Positions 22,015-33,480 of a stretch of 64,000 nt of DNA are shown here, in pieces. The position numbers and the translations under genes were made by a program. The DNA lies in the NCBI GenBank assembly GCA_040285825.1, contig JAUPSS010000013.1:62001-126000 (forward strand). The letters are read 5' to 3'. Positions within the stretch are counted from its first letter, which is position 1; each line of letters starts with the position of its first letter. The stretch comes from Eukaryota sp. TZLM1-RC. Its lineage: Eukaryota > Protista > Metamonada: BaSk clade. The notes under the pieces were generated by a model, which saw only the letters and a list, made by a program, of their open reading frames with translations, searched no databases and was not told the DNA's origin.

Positions 22015-23697
22015 ATGTCAACCATCCTTGTCAAGCTTCCCTCTGGAAAGTCTGTGGAGTATCCTATTTACACCACTGGACTCACTATCCTCAAGGATCT
22101 CAATCCTGAAACATCTTCTATTGATGATGTAGCTGTTGTCCTCATCAATGGACAAATCTACTCTCTCAATGATCCTATTGACATTAACTGTACTTTCAAA
22201 CCTGTTGCTTTCAACACCTCTATTGGATGTGATGTTTACCGCCGTTCTCTTTGCTATGCAGTTGCTATGGTTGCTTCTGAACTGTGGCCTACAAGAAGGT
22301 TGATCATCTCCCACTCTATTGGCCATGGTTTGTCATTTCCATTTACATCTCACTATAGGCCTCTACTACTATTTCGATGGAGTTGAAACCACCAATGATG
22401 ACATTGTTGCACTCAACACTAGACTGCAAAAGCTCTCCAAGGATGCTCTTCCCATTTACCGCAAGACTCTTGCCTATGAAGAAGCAGTTGAACATTTCAA
22501 GCAAGCTGGTCTTTCCCAAACTGTTCTATTACTGGAACATAAGAACGAACCCCGAGTTTACGTATCAACTTGCGGTAACTACTTTGATTTATGGTACGCC
22601 CCTCTAGTCCAGAACACCTCGGCATTGAGTGTTTTTTCCATTGAAAAGTACCAGGAAGGATTGTTGATTAGGTATCCCGACAGCAAGGATCCTTCTTCTC
22701 TTCCTCCCTTTGTTGACAATCCCGTTCTTTATAAAGTTTATAAGGAACACAACCAATGGGGAGCTTGTCTTGACGTGAATTGTGTTGGTGATTTAAATCA
22801 TTTAATATTTAAGGGTAATATTAAAGACTTTATTATGGTTTCAGAAGCTCTTCACGATGGAAAAACTGCCGCAATTGCTGATAAAGTTCCTTCTAGTTGC
22901 AAATTAGTTTGTATTTGTGGCCCTTCTTCTTCAGGAAAAACCACCTTTTGTCGGAAACTTTCAATAGCTTTACGAGCAAGGGGATGGAAACCCATTTCTA
23001 TTTCCTTAGATGATTATTATGTAAATAGAGTTGATACTCCTTTGGATGAGGATGGTAACTGGGATTTCGAAGTAGTAGATGCTTTGGATTTGAAGCTTTT
23101 GAATAATGATTTAGTTGAATTATTCAAGGGAAAAACCATTAGATTACCAAAGTTCAATTTCAAAACTGGTATCAGAGAAGAGGGTGGTTTATTAACATTA
23201 CCAGAAAAAGGGGTGTTGATTATTGAGGGTATTCATGGTTTAAATCCAAGATTAACTGAAAAAGTTCCTGATGATGTCAAGTTTAAAATATTTATTTCTC
23301 CATTAACTCAATTGAATATTGATGATCACAACAGGATTTCCACTTCTGATAATAGGTTAATCAGAAGAATGGTAAGAGATAAGCAATTCAGGGTTATTCC
23401 GCTGAAGAAACCTTTGAAATGTTTCCGAGAGTTCGAAGGGGAGAAGACCTTTATATTTATAGATATCAAGGGGATGCTGATGCTGTTTTCAATTCAGCTT
23501 TGGATTATGAAATTTCTGTTTTAAAAGTATTGGCGGTTCCTCTTTTGCAGCAGATTAAGCCTTCTAGTATTTATTACTCAGAAGCTCGTAGATTGTTGGA
23601 CTTTTTGTCTCATTTTGATGCTATTATGAATGATGATGTTCCTTCAAATAGTCTGATTAGAGAGTTTATTGGTGGTGGCTGTTTCAATGTTCATTAG
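22015..23697 (+). CDS. udk: Bacterial-type ThrRS-N-terminal-like / uridine kinase (nucleoside kinase) copy A; intron 22328-22358; apparent 1-nt deletion at ~23391
   Basis: TGS-like start, YRRSL, ICGPSSSGKTTF P-loop, ISLDDYY, IIEGIHGLN, TSDNRLIRRMVRD, SLIREFIGG; GGG here versus GGGG in copy B shifts the frame. Confidence 0.85.
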
Positions 23698-23771
23698 GTA
23701 AATAAATTAAATAGTTTTTTGTTTTAGTTGGTGGAAAATTGACAATAGAAATTTACACAATGATTTGTCTG

Positions 23772-24120
23772 TTACTATTGAAGAAGCTAATGCTGATAGA
23801 AATACACCACTAGTTTTTATTGCTTTTCCATTTTCGATAAATGGAAGATTATCAGTTGAAGCAGAAACTTTTTTGAATGACTTCCAAAAAATGGTTCAAG
23901 AAAAAACAATGAAAAGATTTGATATTTTTTTATGGCGTTCTCGAATTCAATTTGCCAATATTAATAGATTACCTCGGTTTTTCAATCGAATTAGAGAAGA
24001 CTGTCTTTAGGTAGACAGCAAGTAGATCATATTTTTGTAGAGGAAATCTTGGTTCAATGAATTTCGTCCCATTAGTTGAGATTTTATTTTGTCAAGTGTA
24101 CAAGTTCAATAAATGAATGT
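23772..24120 (+). mobile_element. Divergent RLE non-LTR 3' fragment in the palindrome spacer
   Basis: FIAFPFSINGRLSVEAETFLNDF...WRSRIQFA resembles the PFVFSLFG...FLDDF...WQNRIVFS block of the other copies. Confidence 0.7.
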
Positions 24121-24540
24121 TAATAACTTGGACGAGTGCAAAACATGTGGTACAATTCACCATTGCTAACTACACTTTTTATTGAATTAGTATAGTTAAT
24201 AATGATGAGTCATAAATGACCTTCTAATTAACCACGTAAGAAATCTTTATCGGATTTAGAAGTGAAAAGAAAAATATTTGCCAAAATATTTTCGCTTTTT
24301 GTTAAAGAACTAACATTACTAATACACTTTAACATGTAAGTGATCAGATGTATATCGAAATATTTGGAAGAAGAGCATGAAGTAGAGACCGAAACTAGGT
24401 GAGGTGTCAGCAGTATTGAGCTTGCAATTAATTCATCCATGAATGTATTTGCTGCTGATAACCTATCAGACAAATCATTGTGTAAATTTCTATTGTCAAT
24501 TTTCCACCAACTAAAACAAAAAACTATTTAATTTATTTAC

Positions 24541-26224
24541 CTAATGAACATTGAAACAGCCACCACCAATAAACTCTCTAATCAGACTATTTGAAGGAAC
24601 ATCATCATTCATAATAGCATCAAAATGAGACAAAAAGTCCAACAATCTACGAGCTTCTGAGTAATAAATACTAGAAGGCTTAATCTGCTGCAAAAGAGGA
24701 ACCGCCAATACTTTTAAAACAGAAATTTCATAATCCAAAGCTGAATTGAAAACAGCATCAGCATCCCCTTGATATCTATAAATATAAAGGTCTTCTCCCC
24801 TTCGAACTCTCGGAAACATTTCAAAGGTTTCTTCAGCGGAATAACCCCTGAATTGCTTATCTCTTACCATTCTTCTGATTAACCTATTATCAGAAGTGGA
24901 AATCCTGTTGTGATCATCAATATTCAATTGAGTTAATGGAGAAATAAATATTTTAAACTTGACATCATCAGGAACTTTTTCAGTTAATCTTGGATTTAAA
25001 CCATGAATACCCTCAATAATCAACACCCCTTTTTCTGGTAATGTTAATAAACCACCCTCTTCTCTGATACCAGTTTTGAAATTGAACTTTGGTAATCTAA
25101 TGGTTTTTCCCTTGAATAATTCAACTAAATCATTATTCAAAAGCTTCAAATCCAAAGCATCTACTACTTCGAAATCCCAGTTACCATCCTCATCCAAAGG
25201 AGTATCAACTCTATTTACATAATAATCATCTAAGGAAATAGAAATGGGTTTCCATCCCCTTGCTCGTAAAGCTATTGAAAGTTTCCGACAAAAGGTGGTT
25301 TTTCCTGAAGAAGAAGGGCCACAAATACAAACTAATTTGCAACTAGAAGGAACTTTATCAGCAATTGCGGCAGTTTTTCCATCGTGAAGAGCTTCTGAAA
25401 CCATAATAAAGTCTTTAATATTACCCTTACATATTAAATGATTTAAATCACCAACGCAATTCACGTCAAGACAAGCTCCCCATTGGTTGTGTTCCTTATA
25501 AACTTTATAAAGAACGGGATTGTCAACAAAAGGAGGAAGAGAAGAAGGATCCTTGCTGTCGGGATACCTAATCAACAATCCTTCCTGGTACTTTTCAATG
25601 GAAAAAACACTCAATGCTGAGGTGTTCTGGACTAGAGGGGCGTACCATAGATCAAAGTAGTTACCGCAAGTTGATACGTAAACTCGGGGTTCGTTCTTAT
25701 GTTCCAGTAATAGAACAGTTTGGGAAAGACCAGCTTGCTTGAAATGTTCAACTGCTTCTTCATAGGCAAGAGTCTTGCGGTAAATGGGAAGAGCATCCTT
25801 GGAGAGCTGTTGCAGTCTATTGTTGAGAGCAATAATGTCATCATTGGTGGTTTCAACTCCATCGAAATAGTAGTAGAGGCCTATAGTGAGATGTAAATGG
25901 AAATGACAAACCATGGCCAATAGAGTGGGAGATGATCAACCTTCTTGTAGGCCACAGTTCAGAAGCAACCATAGCAACTGCATAGCAAAGAGAACGGCGG
26001 TAAACATCACATCCAATAGAGGTGTTGAAAGCAACAGGTTTGAAAGTACAGTTAATGTCAATAGGATCATTGAGAGAGTAGATTTGTCCATTGATGAGGA
26101 CAACAGCTACATCATCAATAGAAGATGTTTCAGGATTGAGATCCTTGAGGATAGTGAGTCCAGTGGTGTAAATAGGATACTCCACAGACTTTCCAGAGGG
26201 AAGCTTGACAAGGATGGTTGACAT
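24541..26224 (-). CDS. udk: Bacterial-type ThrRS-N-terminal-like / uridine kinase copy B (550 aa), intron 25881-25911 (31 nt)
   Basis: Intact after splicing (HSIGHG-LYYYFDG); 1653 nt CDS; P-loop kinase motifs as in copy A. Confidence 0.92.
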
Positions 26225-26386
26225 GTTTGAATGACTTTTTCAATTGATAACTGAAGTTCTCCATTTCAATACTCTTTGGAAATAGTGATTGTTTTCTCAT
26301 AATAAAGTGACAAAACATTGATAAATCGAAAAATCTTCGTGATAAGAAACTAATGGCTGGAAGATTTGTTGGTGAATTGGGGGATG

Positions 26387-27972
26387 TGTTGCCTTAGGTT
26401 GCAAAAGTGGTTGAGATAAAGATGATTGACATAAAGTTGATTTATTTTGCCATTATTCTATTTAAGCCTAAAGGCGCCAACACTACTTCTTCCCTTTTTC
26501 AAAATTAATTAACTTTAAACTAATAACTAAACTATAAATATACAAAATACTAATAACTAAATTCTAATGTTTCCTGATGTCTACTATTATTTTCGCACTG
26601 GATTCACAAAAACACGGGTCTTACTTCTTGATAGTTGATGTATTATATCCCTTTAACAATAATGTAGAATAAAGGAGTGAGCATAACGTAAAAGAACTGG
26701 TTCCAAGATCCATGTGTTTGAATACTTTGTTGTATTAGCTTTAGTCGTTACATAATGACGTTCTGCTTTTTCCTTTTTTCGTAGACGAGTAACGTGGTAG
26801 TGTCGTTTAGTAAAGTTATTATGGAATCGAATAATGGATTCGCTAATAAATATGCAGGGTCTATGATGGACTGAAAACAACAGTAAACAAAGTAACAAAG
26901 TTCAAAAATCTGAAAGAGGCATCATTTGTTGTTAAAATACTGCCTATCTACAAAAATTGTTAAAGTGGGAGGGTTAAAATACATCGTCGTTCCCATTCGC
27001 TGGAAGAGATGAGCTCGATGACTGTACCTGTATCCCATTACTTAACCTTGACTTTTTTTTTAAAAAGGAAGGGGGGATGGAGCAACTTCCGTATATCTGC
27101 CCTTGTAAATCATTATTGTTGGAGGTGGAGTTTGTAATCGTAACCTCGTACATTGAGTGGGGGAGGAGGATTCTACACTAGAACCCTCGTAACCCGGTTT
27201 TTTTGTTGTCGTTTTGATGGAGGAGGGGTCTATACCCGTAGCCTCATTTCCAGTGTTTGAAATTCAACGTTCCTACCTCTCTTTTGGATTTGCTTCCATA
27301 AAGGAGGAAGCTGCTCAAACAAACAGTAATCTGTAGGTTCAAGGTGGGCTTCCGCGTCCTTCATTATCTGTTGGCGAAGCTCTTTCTCTTCGTCGTCCAT
27401 TTCTTCTAAGACGGACTGAAGTTCTTCGTAGTCCTTTAAAGCAGACGAAGTATCTGAGCTTAACCCAACATTTTCTTTAGGTGAGGAGGGGGGTGGTCCC
27501 GTTGCTGAAACCTTATCTGGTTTGTTGGACATGGAAGAGGCGGGAGGTGGTTCCGTGCCTTGTTCCGTTGTTTTTGATTTGGAAGAGGCGGGAGGTGGTT
27601 CCGTGCCTTGTTCCATTTCTTTCTCATGAGGAGGGGCGGAGGGTGGTCTCGAGCCCGAGTCCTCTTCTTTATTCGACTCTTCAGTCCCTACTGATGTTGT
27701 ATGTATGCTAGAAGCATCTCTATCGTACTGTTGCATCTGTTCAATGTAAAAAATTTGACTAGAGTCAGTGTCCTGGCGAGGAGAGGCTGACATGATATCT
27801 GCTGAAGATATCCTCTGTTTGATTGCTGTAAATTGTGTAAGCGGTATACCTATAACCTAATACGGCCAATAATTATTGTTGCCTTAGGTTGCAAAAGTGG
27901 TTGAGATAAAGATGATTGACATAAAGTTGATTTATTTTGCCCTAATTCTATTTAAGCCTAAAGGCGCCAACA
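26387..27972 (-). mobile_element. Miniature non-autonomous LTR retroelement (TRIM-like, 1586 bp) with 96-bp LTRs at 26387-26482 and 27877-27972
   Basis: Direct repeats TGTTG...CAACA differing at 2 of 96 positions; polypurine tract GAAAAAGGGAAGAAGTAG abuts the 3' LTR on the minus strand; flanks GATG/GACG; absent from the other palindrome arm. Confidence 0.92.
27230..27793 (-). CDS. Low-complexity ORF inside the LTR element (possible Gag N-terminal remnant)
   Basis: 187-aa ORF starting ~85 nt after the 5' LTR; EQGTEPPPASS duplicated (45-bp period); acidic coiled coil. Confidence 0.55.
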   Translation of the reverse strand: MSASPRQDTDSSQIFYIEQMQQYDRDASSIHTTSVGTEESNKEEDSGSRPPSAPPHEKEMEQGTEPPPASSKSKTTEQGTEPPPASSMSNKPDKVSATGPPPSSPKENVGLSSDTSSALKDYEELQSVLEEMDDEEKELRQQIMKDAEAHLEPTDYCLFEQLPPLWKQIQKRGRNVEFQTLEMRLRV

Positions 27973-28410
27973 GACGGATAAAGTGAGTTGTATTCAAGCA
28001 ATAGTTGATGTACTTAACCCAAAATGGGTTTCAAATGGGAATAAAATGATATGTAAGATATACTTTAAAAGTAATGCAAGGGTATAGGTTGGTGACAAGG
28101 CAGCTTGAACATAAATAATTAGACTGAAGCAATAATGCCAAGTGAATTAACTTTGGGTTGAGCTTTTGTATAATTAAGTTGAAACAAAACAAGTTTTATG
28201 AATTGAATTGATTGTGGAAACGATGAAGAAAATAAGAACATTCATTTATTTGGAATTATCAATCAAATAGATTTACATAATGCAATGACTTGCTCCCAAA
28301 ACTGAGTGTGAAAATAACTAGGCAAAATGCAAAGGTGAAAAAAGTGTTTCCATATTATCTTCAGTATCATAAACTAGAAACACAATCAAAAATGGGGAAT
28401 AAATTAATCC

Positions 28411-29270
28411 TCAAATAGAATACTCGGGATAATTGGACTTTTCTGCACAATTACAATATATCAAAGCCATAATCTGATCAAGAGAGTCGTCCTCTCCAGA
28501 GTCATTGTGATTTGAACAGGGCTTACCAACCTTCTGTTCAAGACGATGTAGGTGGCGTACCAATGTCTTAATGGCAAAACACATAGGGAATGTGGCCCCA
28601 GACGATGGCATCCCATAAGGTTGAAAACGCTTTTCAGATGAAGCTGGACTTTTCTTTGAAGCTTTTGTTATAACCTGCCGGGCTGGGATACCAACAACAG
28701 TTTGATAATCAGGAACATCCTGAAGAACAACTGAATTACTTCCAACTTTGGAACCAACGCCTATCCGAATATTTCCTAGAACGGTTGATCCACAACCAAT
28801 GGTAGCATCATCACATAGGGTTGGGTGTCTTTTGCTATGTACTTCAGCTTTGGAAGGAGCACGTCCTCCTAACACTAAGGTAAGTGGAGACATATCATAC
28901 CAACACTAGAATAAATGGTTACATTGTTGTGAATGATCGCAGTAGCACCAATAACGACTCCACTTCCATGATCAATCATCAACCCCCTGCCAATAGTGGC
29001 TTGGGGGTGGATCTCAATGGATGTAATGACACGAGATACATATGCAACAATATGTGCCAAGAATTTCGAATGATGATTTGTTAAAAAGTGAGATATGCGA
29101 TGGAGTAATAACGCATGTACTCCAGGATATGTAAGAAAGACAATAAGCTTGGATGAAGCAGCAGGATCTCGCTCTATAAACTGCTCTACCGAGTCCTTGA
29201 CTATTTGAAAAGACAAATACAAGACCAGTAGAATCAGTGACACAATAGAGACAACAAATGTGCCATACAT
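28411..29270 (-). CDS. cysE: Serine O-acetyltransferase copy 3 (277 aa), intron 28875-28900 (26 nt)
   Basis: Inverted near-copy of copy 2; starts MYGTFVVSIVSLILL; ends PEYSI. Confidence 0.93.
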
Positions 29271-29375
29271 CCCAGAAACTGACTGCAAAACGTGAGAGTT
29301 TTGAGCTAAAGTTTTTGGTCTTGTTTATTCTGAACAAGTTTTAATGCACAATCCTTAAATAGATAGCTTTAGATT

Positions 29376-29602
29376 ACTAGCGCTGGAACCCTTCAATTAC
29401 GGTATTTTCAAAAATAAACGTCAATATCGCCAAGCAACTTGTTTGTTAAGTTTTTTGAATCTATACAACACAAAATCATACTTGAATGACCTTCCCCATA
29501 ACCAACACAAAACTAAATAGATTCATGGGACCTTGGTTGTGTCAGAGGTTTTCTGATAGGTCAGCATTTTGTCACTAATTTTTCGTTACCAGAAGCGCTA
29601 GT
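29376..29602. mobile_element. Candidate 227-bp MITE
   Basis: Terminal inverted repeats ACTAGCGCT/AGCGCTAGT flanked by TTTAGATT and TTTAGAAT (8-bp duplication, 1 mismatch). Confidence 0.45.
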
Positions 29603-29876
29603 TTTAGAATACGGTAGTGCAGTATTCCAGTAATGACTGAGAATAATTAAAAGGGTTCAACTTGTATAGATATCTACAAAGACTTGAATGAGAGTTTGAA
29701 AGATTGTTGATTGTCAATTTGGCAAGCAATGGCAAAAAGAAGTTTGTGATTATTATTTTTTTAAGGGCAAGAGATAGCATCTAATCTAAAAATGTTGATT
29801 TGATTAGTGTATTTAAAAGATTAAATATATTTTAAAAGTAGATTGTTTGAGTTTGAAAATCACAAAATAATAGTTG

Positions 29877-30274
29877 AAAGGCTTGTTAATTCTGAAATTC
29901 ATAATCCCCTTTCAAATGCTGAAAATTTTAAATTCAAAAAATACAATGAACCTTTGTCCAAATTGGCCAGTCTACAGCATGCAAAATACAATTTGTATCC
30001 ATTTGTATTTTCCCTTTTTGGTTCACTTGCACCAACTGCTTTACGTTTTTTGGATGATTTTGAAATGATTGTAAAGAGAAGAACTGGCAGAAATTTCAAC
30101 AGATTGTTTTGGCAAAATAGAATTGTGTTTTCTATTTTTAAGGGGATGTTGAAGATGGTTTCTGATGCTTTGCTTTCTCTTGGATCTCACTATGAGAGAG
30201 TTGCATCTAGTGTTTTTGTTTTGGGAGAGATGGATTTTTTTAGATGTTGATTTATAGGTTTAGAATAAAATTAA

Positions 30275-30307
<33 letters not shown>
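29877..30307 (+). mobile_element. Young 5'-truncated RLE non-LTR copy with 28-nt poly(A) tail
   Basis: Near-identical to 14488-14890; poly(A) at 30280-30307; AAAGGCT at both ends. Confidence 0.92.
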
Positions 30308-30310
<3 letters not shown>

Positions 30311-31260
30311 TGAAGCTGATTTCACAACTAATCTTTGTTATTCAACAGAGCAGTCACGTACTTACTGAATCACTAAATTATAACTAATTTTATATAAAAA
30401 GAGGTTTGTTAAATGATGTTAAATGGCAAATTAGTAATAAAATCATTAATCTTTTCAATTCCTCAAATTTATCGTCTTTTTGTAGATGATCCCACATTTT
30501 CTTGTACAATACGCCTTTTATATTTCATTTTGTTCAATAACGTGCCTCATCATTTTATTTGCAAATTTGGATCACAAATTTCTCCAAAACACCTGTTTAA
30601 TTGTAAACATTTTATTACTTTCTGATCAAAGGACTATGATGATGTTGAAGATCAACTCTACTGTATGTCAAAATTACACAAATTTTTTTTCCTATTTAGA
30701 ACCTTTACTCTCTCGTTTGGTTGATGAAGATAATTTGAATTCTTTTGGTCACAATAGTGGTAATTTTATGCTTGAAGGTCTTAAAATAACGACTATCATT
30801 ACTGATGTGAGATCCTCTGATGTGTGTAATAATTCTTTTATACCATTAGCTCAGTCAAAACACAAGAATCCGCTGTCTTGCCGAAAATTCTAAAATTAAT
30901 AAATAAAAAGCAAAGTTGGTATTTTTTAATGCTAAATCCCGAACTCATTATGTCCTTTGTTCATTTGCTTTTTTCCTTACTTGGCACGCTTGGACCACTT
31001 GCTTTATCTTTTTTGGATGATTTTGTTGAAATTGTAAAACAAGGTACAGGAAGAATTTTTGACAAAACGTTTTGGCAGAACAGAATTGTATTTTCAATTT
31101 TCTGAGGTGTTGTCCCGTTATTGTCTTCTGCTTTATTATCTCTTTCGTTTTTATGAAGGAAAAACTTCCAGTCAATACTTTTTGGCTGATTTGGGATAAG
31201 AAGATTTAGAATTTTAAGTTTAGTTGTTCGGACAAATTAAAAATAAAAGAAAAAAAATCT
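30308..31260 (+). mobile_element. Older degenerate RLE non-LTR copy (zinc knuckle plus endonuclease)
   Basis: CKFGSQISPKHLFNCKHF knuckle remnant, LEPLL, ITDV and FWQNRIVFSIF; stops and frameshifts. Confidence 0.85.
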
Positions 31261-31372
31261 TTTCGTTAACCTTTTTTATCAGCTTGGAAAGATTGGTACT
31301 TGTTGATCTGATTGACAGCTTAAATAAGGAAAAAATTAAGAAACACCATTGCTATTCTGTTTATTTACAATT

Positions 31373-32491
31373 CTATGCCACAAAAACCCTTCGAAGGTCA
31401 CTTCTACTAAACAACTCACCACTTTCAGGATCCCTTACCATATCTCCTTCAAAGATCAATCCTGAAGACGAATAAACGTTGGAATTAGGCAGGGCATAGC
31501 AAACACACTTTGTAAAGTCCTCTCTACTGACTGGACAATGTAGGACAGTCCTCGTTCTAAAAGAAGGTTTAATTCCAGCCTTCCTTGTGAATTCAGCTAA
31601 AATTCCTTTACAAGTAGGGCAGTTTTGAACAGCTGTTGATTCGTCACAAAAAGGGGTTTTGAGAGTAGCCAGCCCAGTATGAGCACAGATTTCAAGTAAG
31701 GAGCTGTGCCTTCCCAGTTTAAAATAACCAAGCACCTGTCCTGTGAGTATAGTTGAGATATGATCAATTTGGTCTTGAATCACTTGATTGAGGTAATTGG
31801 AATTATTTGCAAACAATAAACACTTTCCAACCAATTTACTCTGATCAATAAGAGGTTCTTTGTATTCTTTGTTAATGTTACGAAGGGAATTTATGGCCAA
31901 AGAAAAGTTCCTATTCCGAACACATACACAAGCCTGAAGTACCACAATTCTGTATACAAGATCGTCCTTCTCCTTGGTAGAGGGGAGGGAATGTAGCCAT
32001 TGAAGTGATGAGTCAGTATTACCTGATCGTAGGTCGTTCAGGAGGGAGTGAAGAAGTTCAAAGACGGGGTTGATCGAAGAGACCAGAGGGTTGGTATGGC
32101 ATGACTGAGTGAAGAGTTGGGCAGCCTTGGTGTATCCTCGACGGTGGAGGTACTCCAAGATGAGCCTATCAATACGAGCAGAATTAACATGTGATGTAGA
32201 AAATGGGGATGAACGTAGCTGTTGTTGAAGATCAGAAGAAAGTAATGAGTTCACTGCCGAAATATATGGTTGCTCATCTTGTGAAACTGATTCTATGCTA
32301 GATGCTATAGAACGAAGTTGTTTAGAGACAGTTTCTGATGTGACATCTTCACCATGAGAATGTGAAAAAAGATGCATGAGATCATTATGAACTGAACGAC
32401 GTCTTGTTCCAGATGAAACAAGTGTATGCGCTGGAACTGTGAATAGTGGGTAGTCGACAGGATGTATCTCTTCAGAGTGCTCAACAGTCAT
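31373..32491 (-). CDS. MAEA: GID/CTLH complex RING subunit, MAEA/Fyv10 (Gid9)-like (372 aa)
   Basis: LisH RIDRLILEYLHRRGYTKAAQLF, CTLH region, GLATLKTPFC...NCPTC, and a degenerate RING CPVS...ALPNSNVYS...DPESGELF ending RRVFVA. Confidence 0.85.
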   Translation of the reverse strand: MTVEHSEEIHPVDYPLFTVPAHTLVSSGTRRRSVHNDLMHLFSHSHGEDVTSETVSKQLRSIASSIESVSQDEQPYISAVNSLLSSDLQQQLRSSPFSTSHVNSARIDRLILEYLHRRGYTKAAQLFTQSCHTNPLVSSINPVFELLHSLLNDLRSGNTDSSLQWLHSLPSTKEKDDLVYRIVVLQACVCVRNRNFSLAINSLRNINKEYKEPLIDQSKLVGKCLLFANNSNYLNQVIQDQIDHISTILTGQVLGYFKLGRHSSLLEICAHTGLATLKTPFCDESTAVQNCPTCKGILAEFTRKAGIKPSFRTRTVLHCPVSREDFTKCVCYALPNSNVYSSSGLIFEGDMVRDPESGELFSRSDLRRVFVA

Positions 32492-33480
32492 TCTTATAGA
32501 GTGTACCTGAAATAAACAAACTTATCTCTCTCACTTTTTTCAAGTGATTCATTCCAGTAACCAAATTGACTGAAAGATAGAGTAGATCAGATTTACCTGG
32601 ATCAGGCGCACCAAGAGTCATATCTTGATGGATTAATGCCGGCTCATCAAAATATTTGTTGTTTTCTATAATTTCTTTTGTAGTTACCAATAATAGTAAT
32701 AAAATGTCTACTGTCTAATTATTGTTCCATTGGTAATGTTAACTGTCTTCCTTCTTTCTTCATCTGTGTTTTCTTTGATGAAAATAAGATTAGTTGCAAC
32801 CCAAGAAGAATTGGCATTTTGATTGTTGTGATTAAGAGAGTCACAGTAAACACCATTATTATCTGCGAAAGAAAGTAGGAGGTTAACAATGATATTTGGA
32901 TTTGAAGCACTTCTCCATTCAAGTCTTTTAAATGTTTCGGGAGTTTGATAATTTGAACAACTGCATAAAATTTGATAGAACGTTGCTGGCCCGAATTGAG
33001 ATAAGGAGCACACTAGGAACAATAATTTAGATCCATCAGGCCTCTACTGGTGAATACCAACGTAAGAAACTGCAGAAAAGATGATTCAATTATTTTAGTC
33101 TTCATAGAAAGTATTGTTTGATTTTGGACATTTGTTACCATAGTTTAAAACTATTAAACAAAACATAAATGGAATAACTGAGGACATTACTAGTACTGTT
33201 GGGTAATGGTTTCCTAAACCGTGAAACGCATTGCTTTGTTTTTTCAGAAAGGTAGTCATTAAAAAAATCATTGTTCGTGGGAAATTAGATACTGTTAATT
33301 TTTGGTTAATTGTGGAATAGCAAAGAACAGATATTTTCACAGCCCAGACTGAACAACCAGACTGACTGGTTTCTTCGAGACCAGGAAATGATAGTTGGAA
33401 GAGCAACAGAACAAATTATGATCTACCCAATGAATTGATACCATTTACAAAAGCAACGTTTTACGAAAACCTAATACAAT
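32481..33480 (-). pseudogene. Broken ORF fragments, probable TE remnant
   Basis: Several overlapping short same-strand ORFs; no family recognised. Confidence 0.25.

Larger units (their letters stand above)
20475..29270. repeat. Large imperfect inverted duplication of a cysE + udk block; arms ~20475-23771 and 24467-29270, spacer 23772-24466
   Basis: The udk copies and their 3' flanks are reverse-complement near-identical up to 23771/24467; cysE copies 2 and 3 are inverted near-identical; the right arm carries an extra LTR element. Confidence 0.93.
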
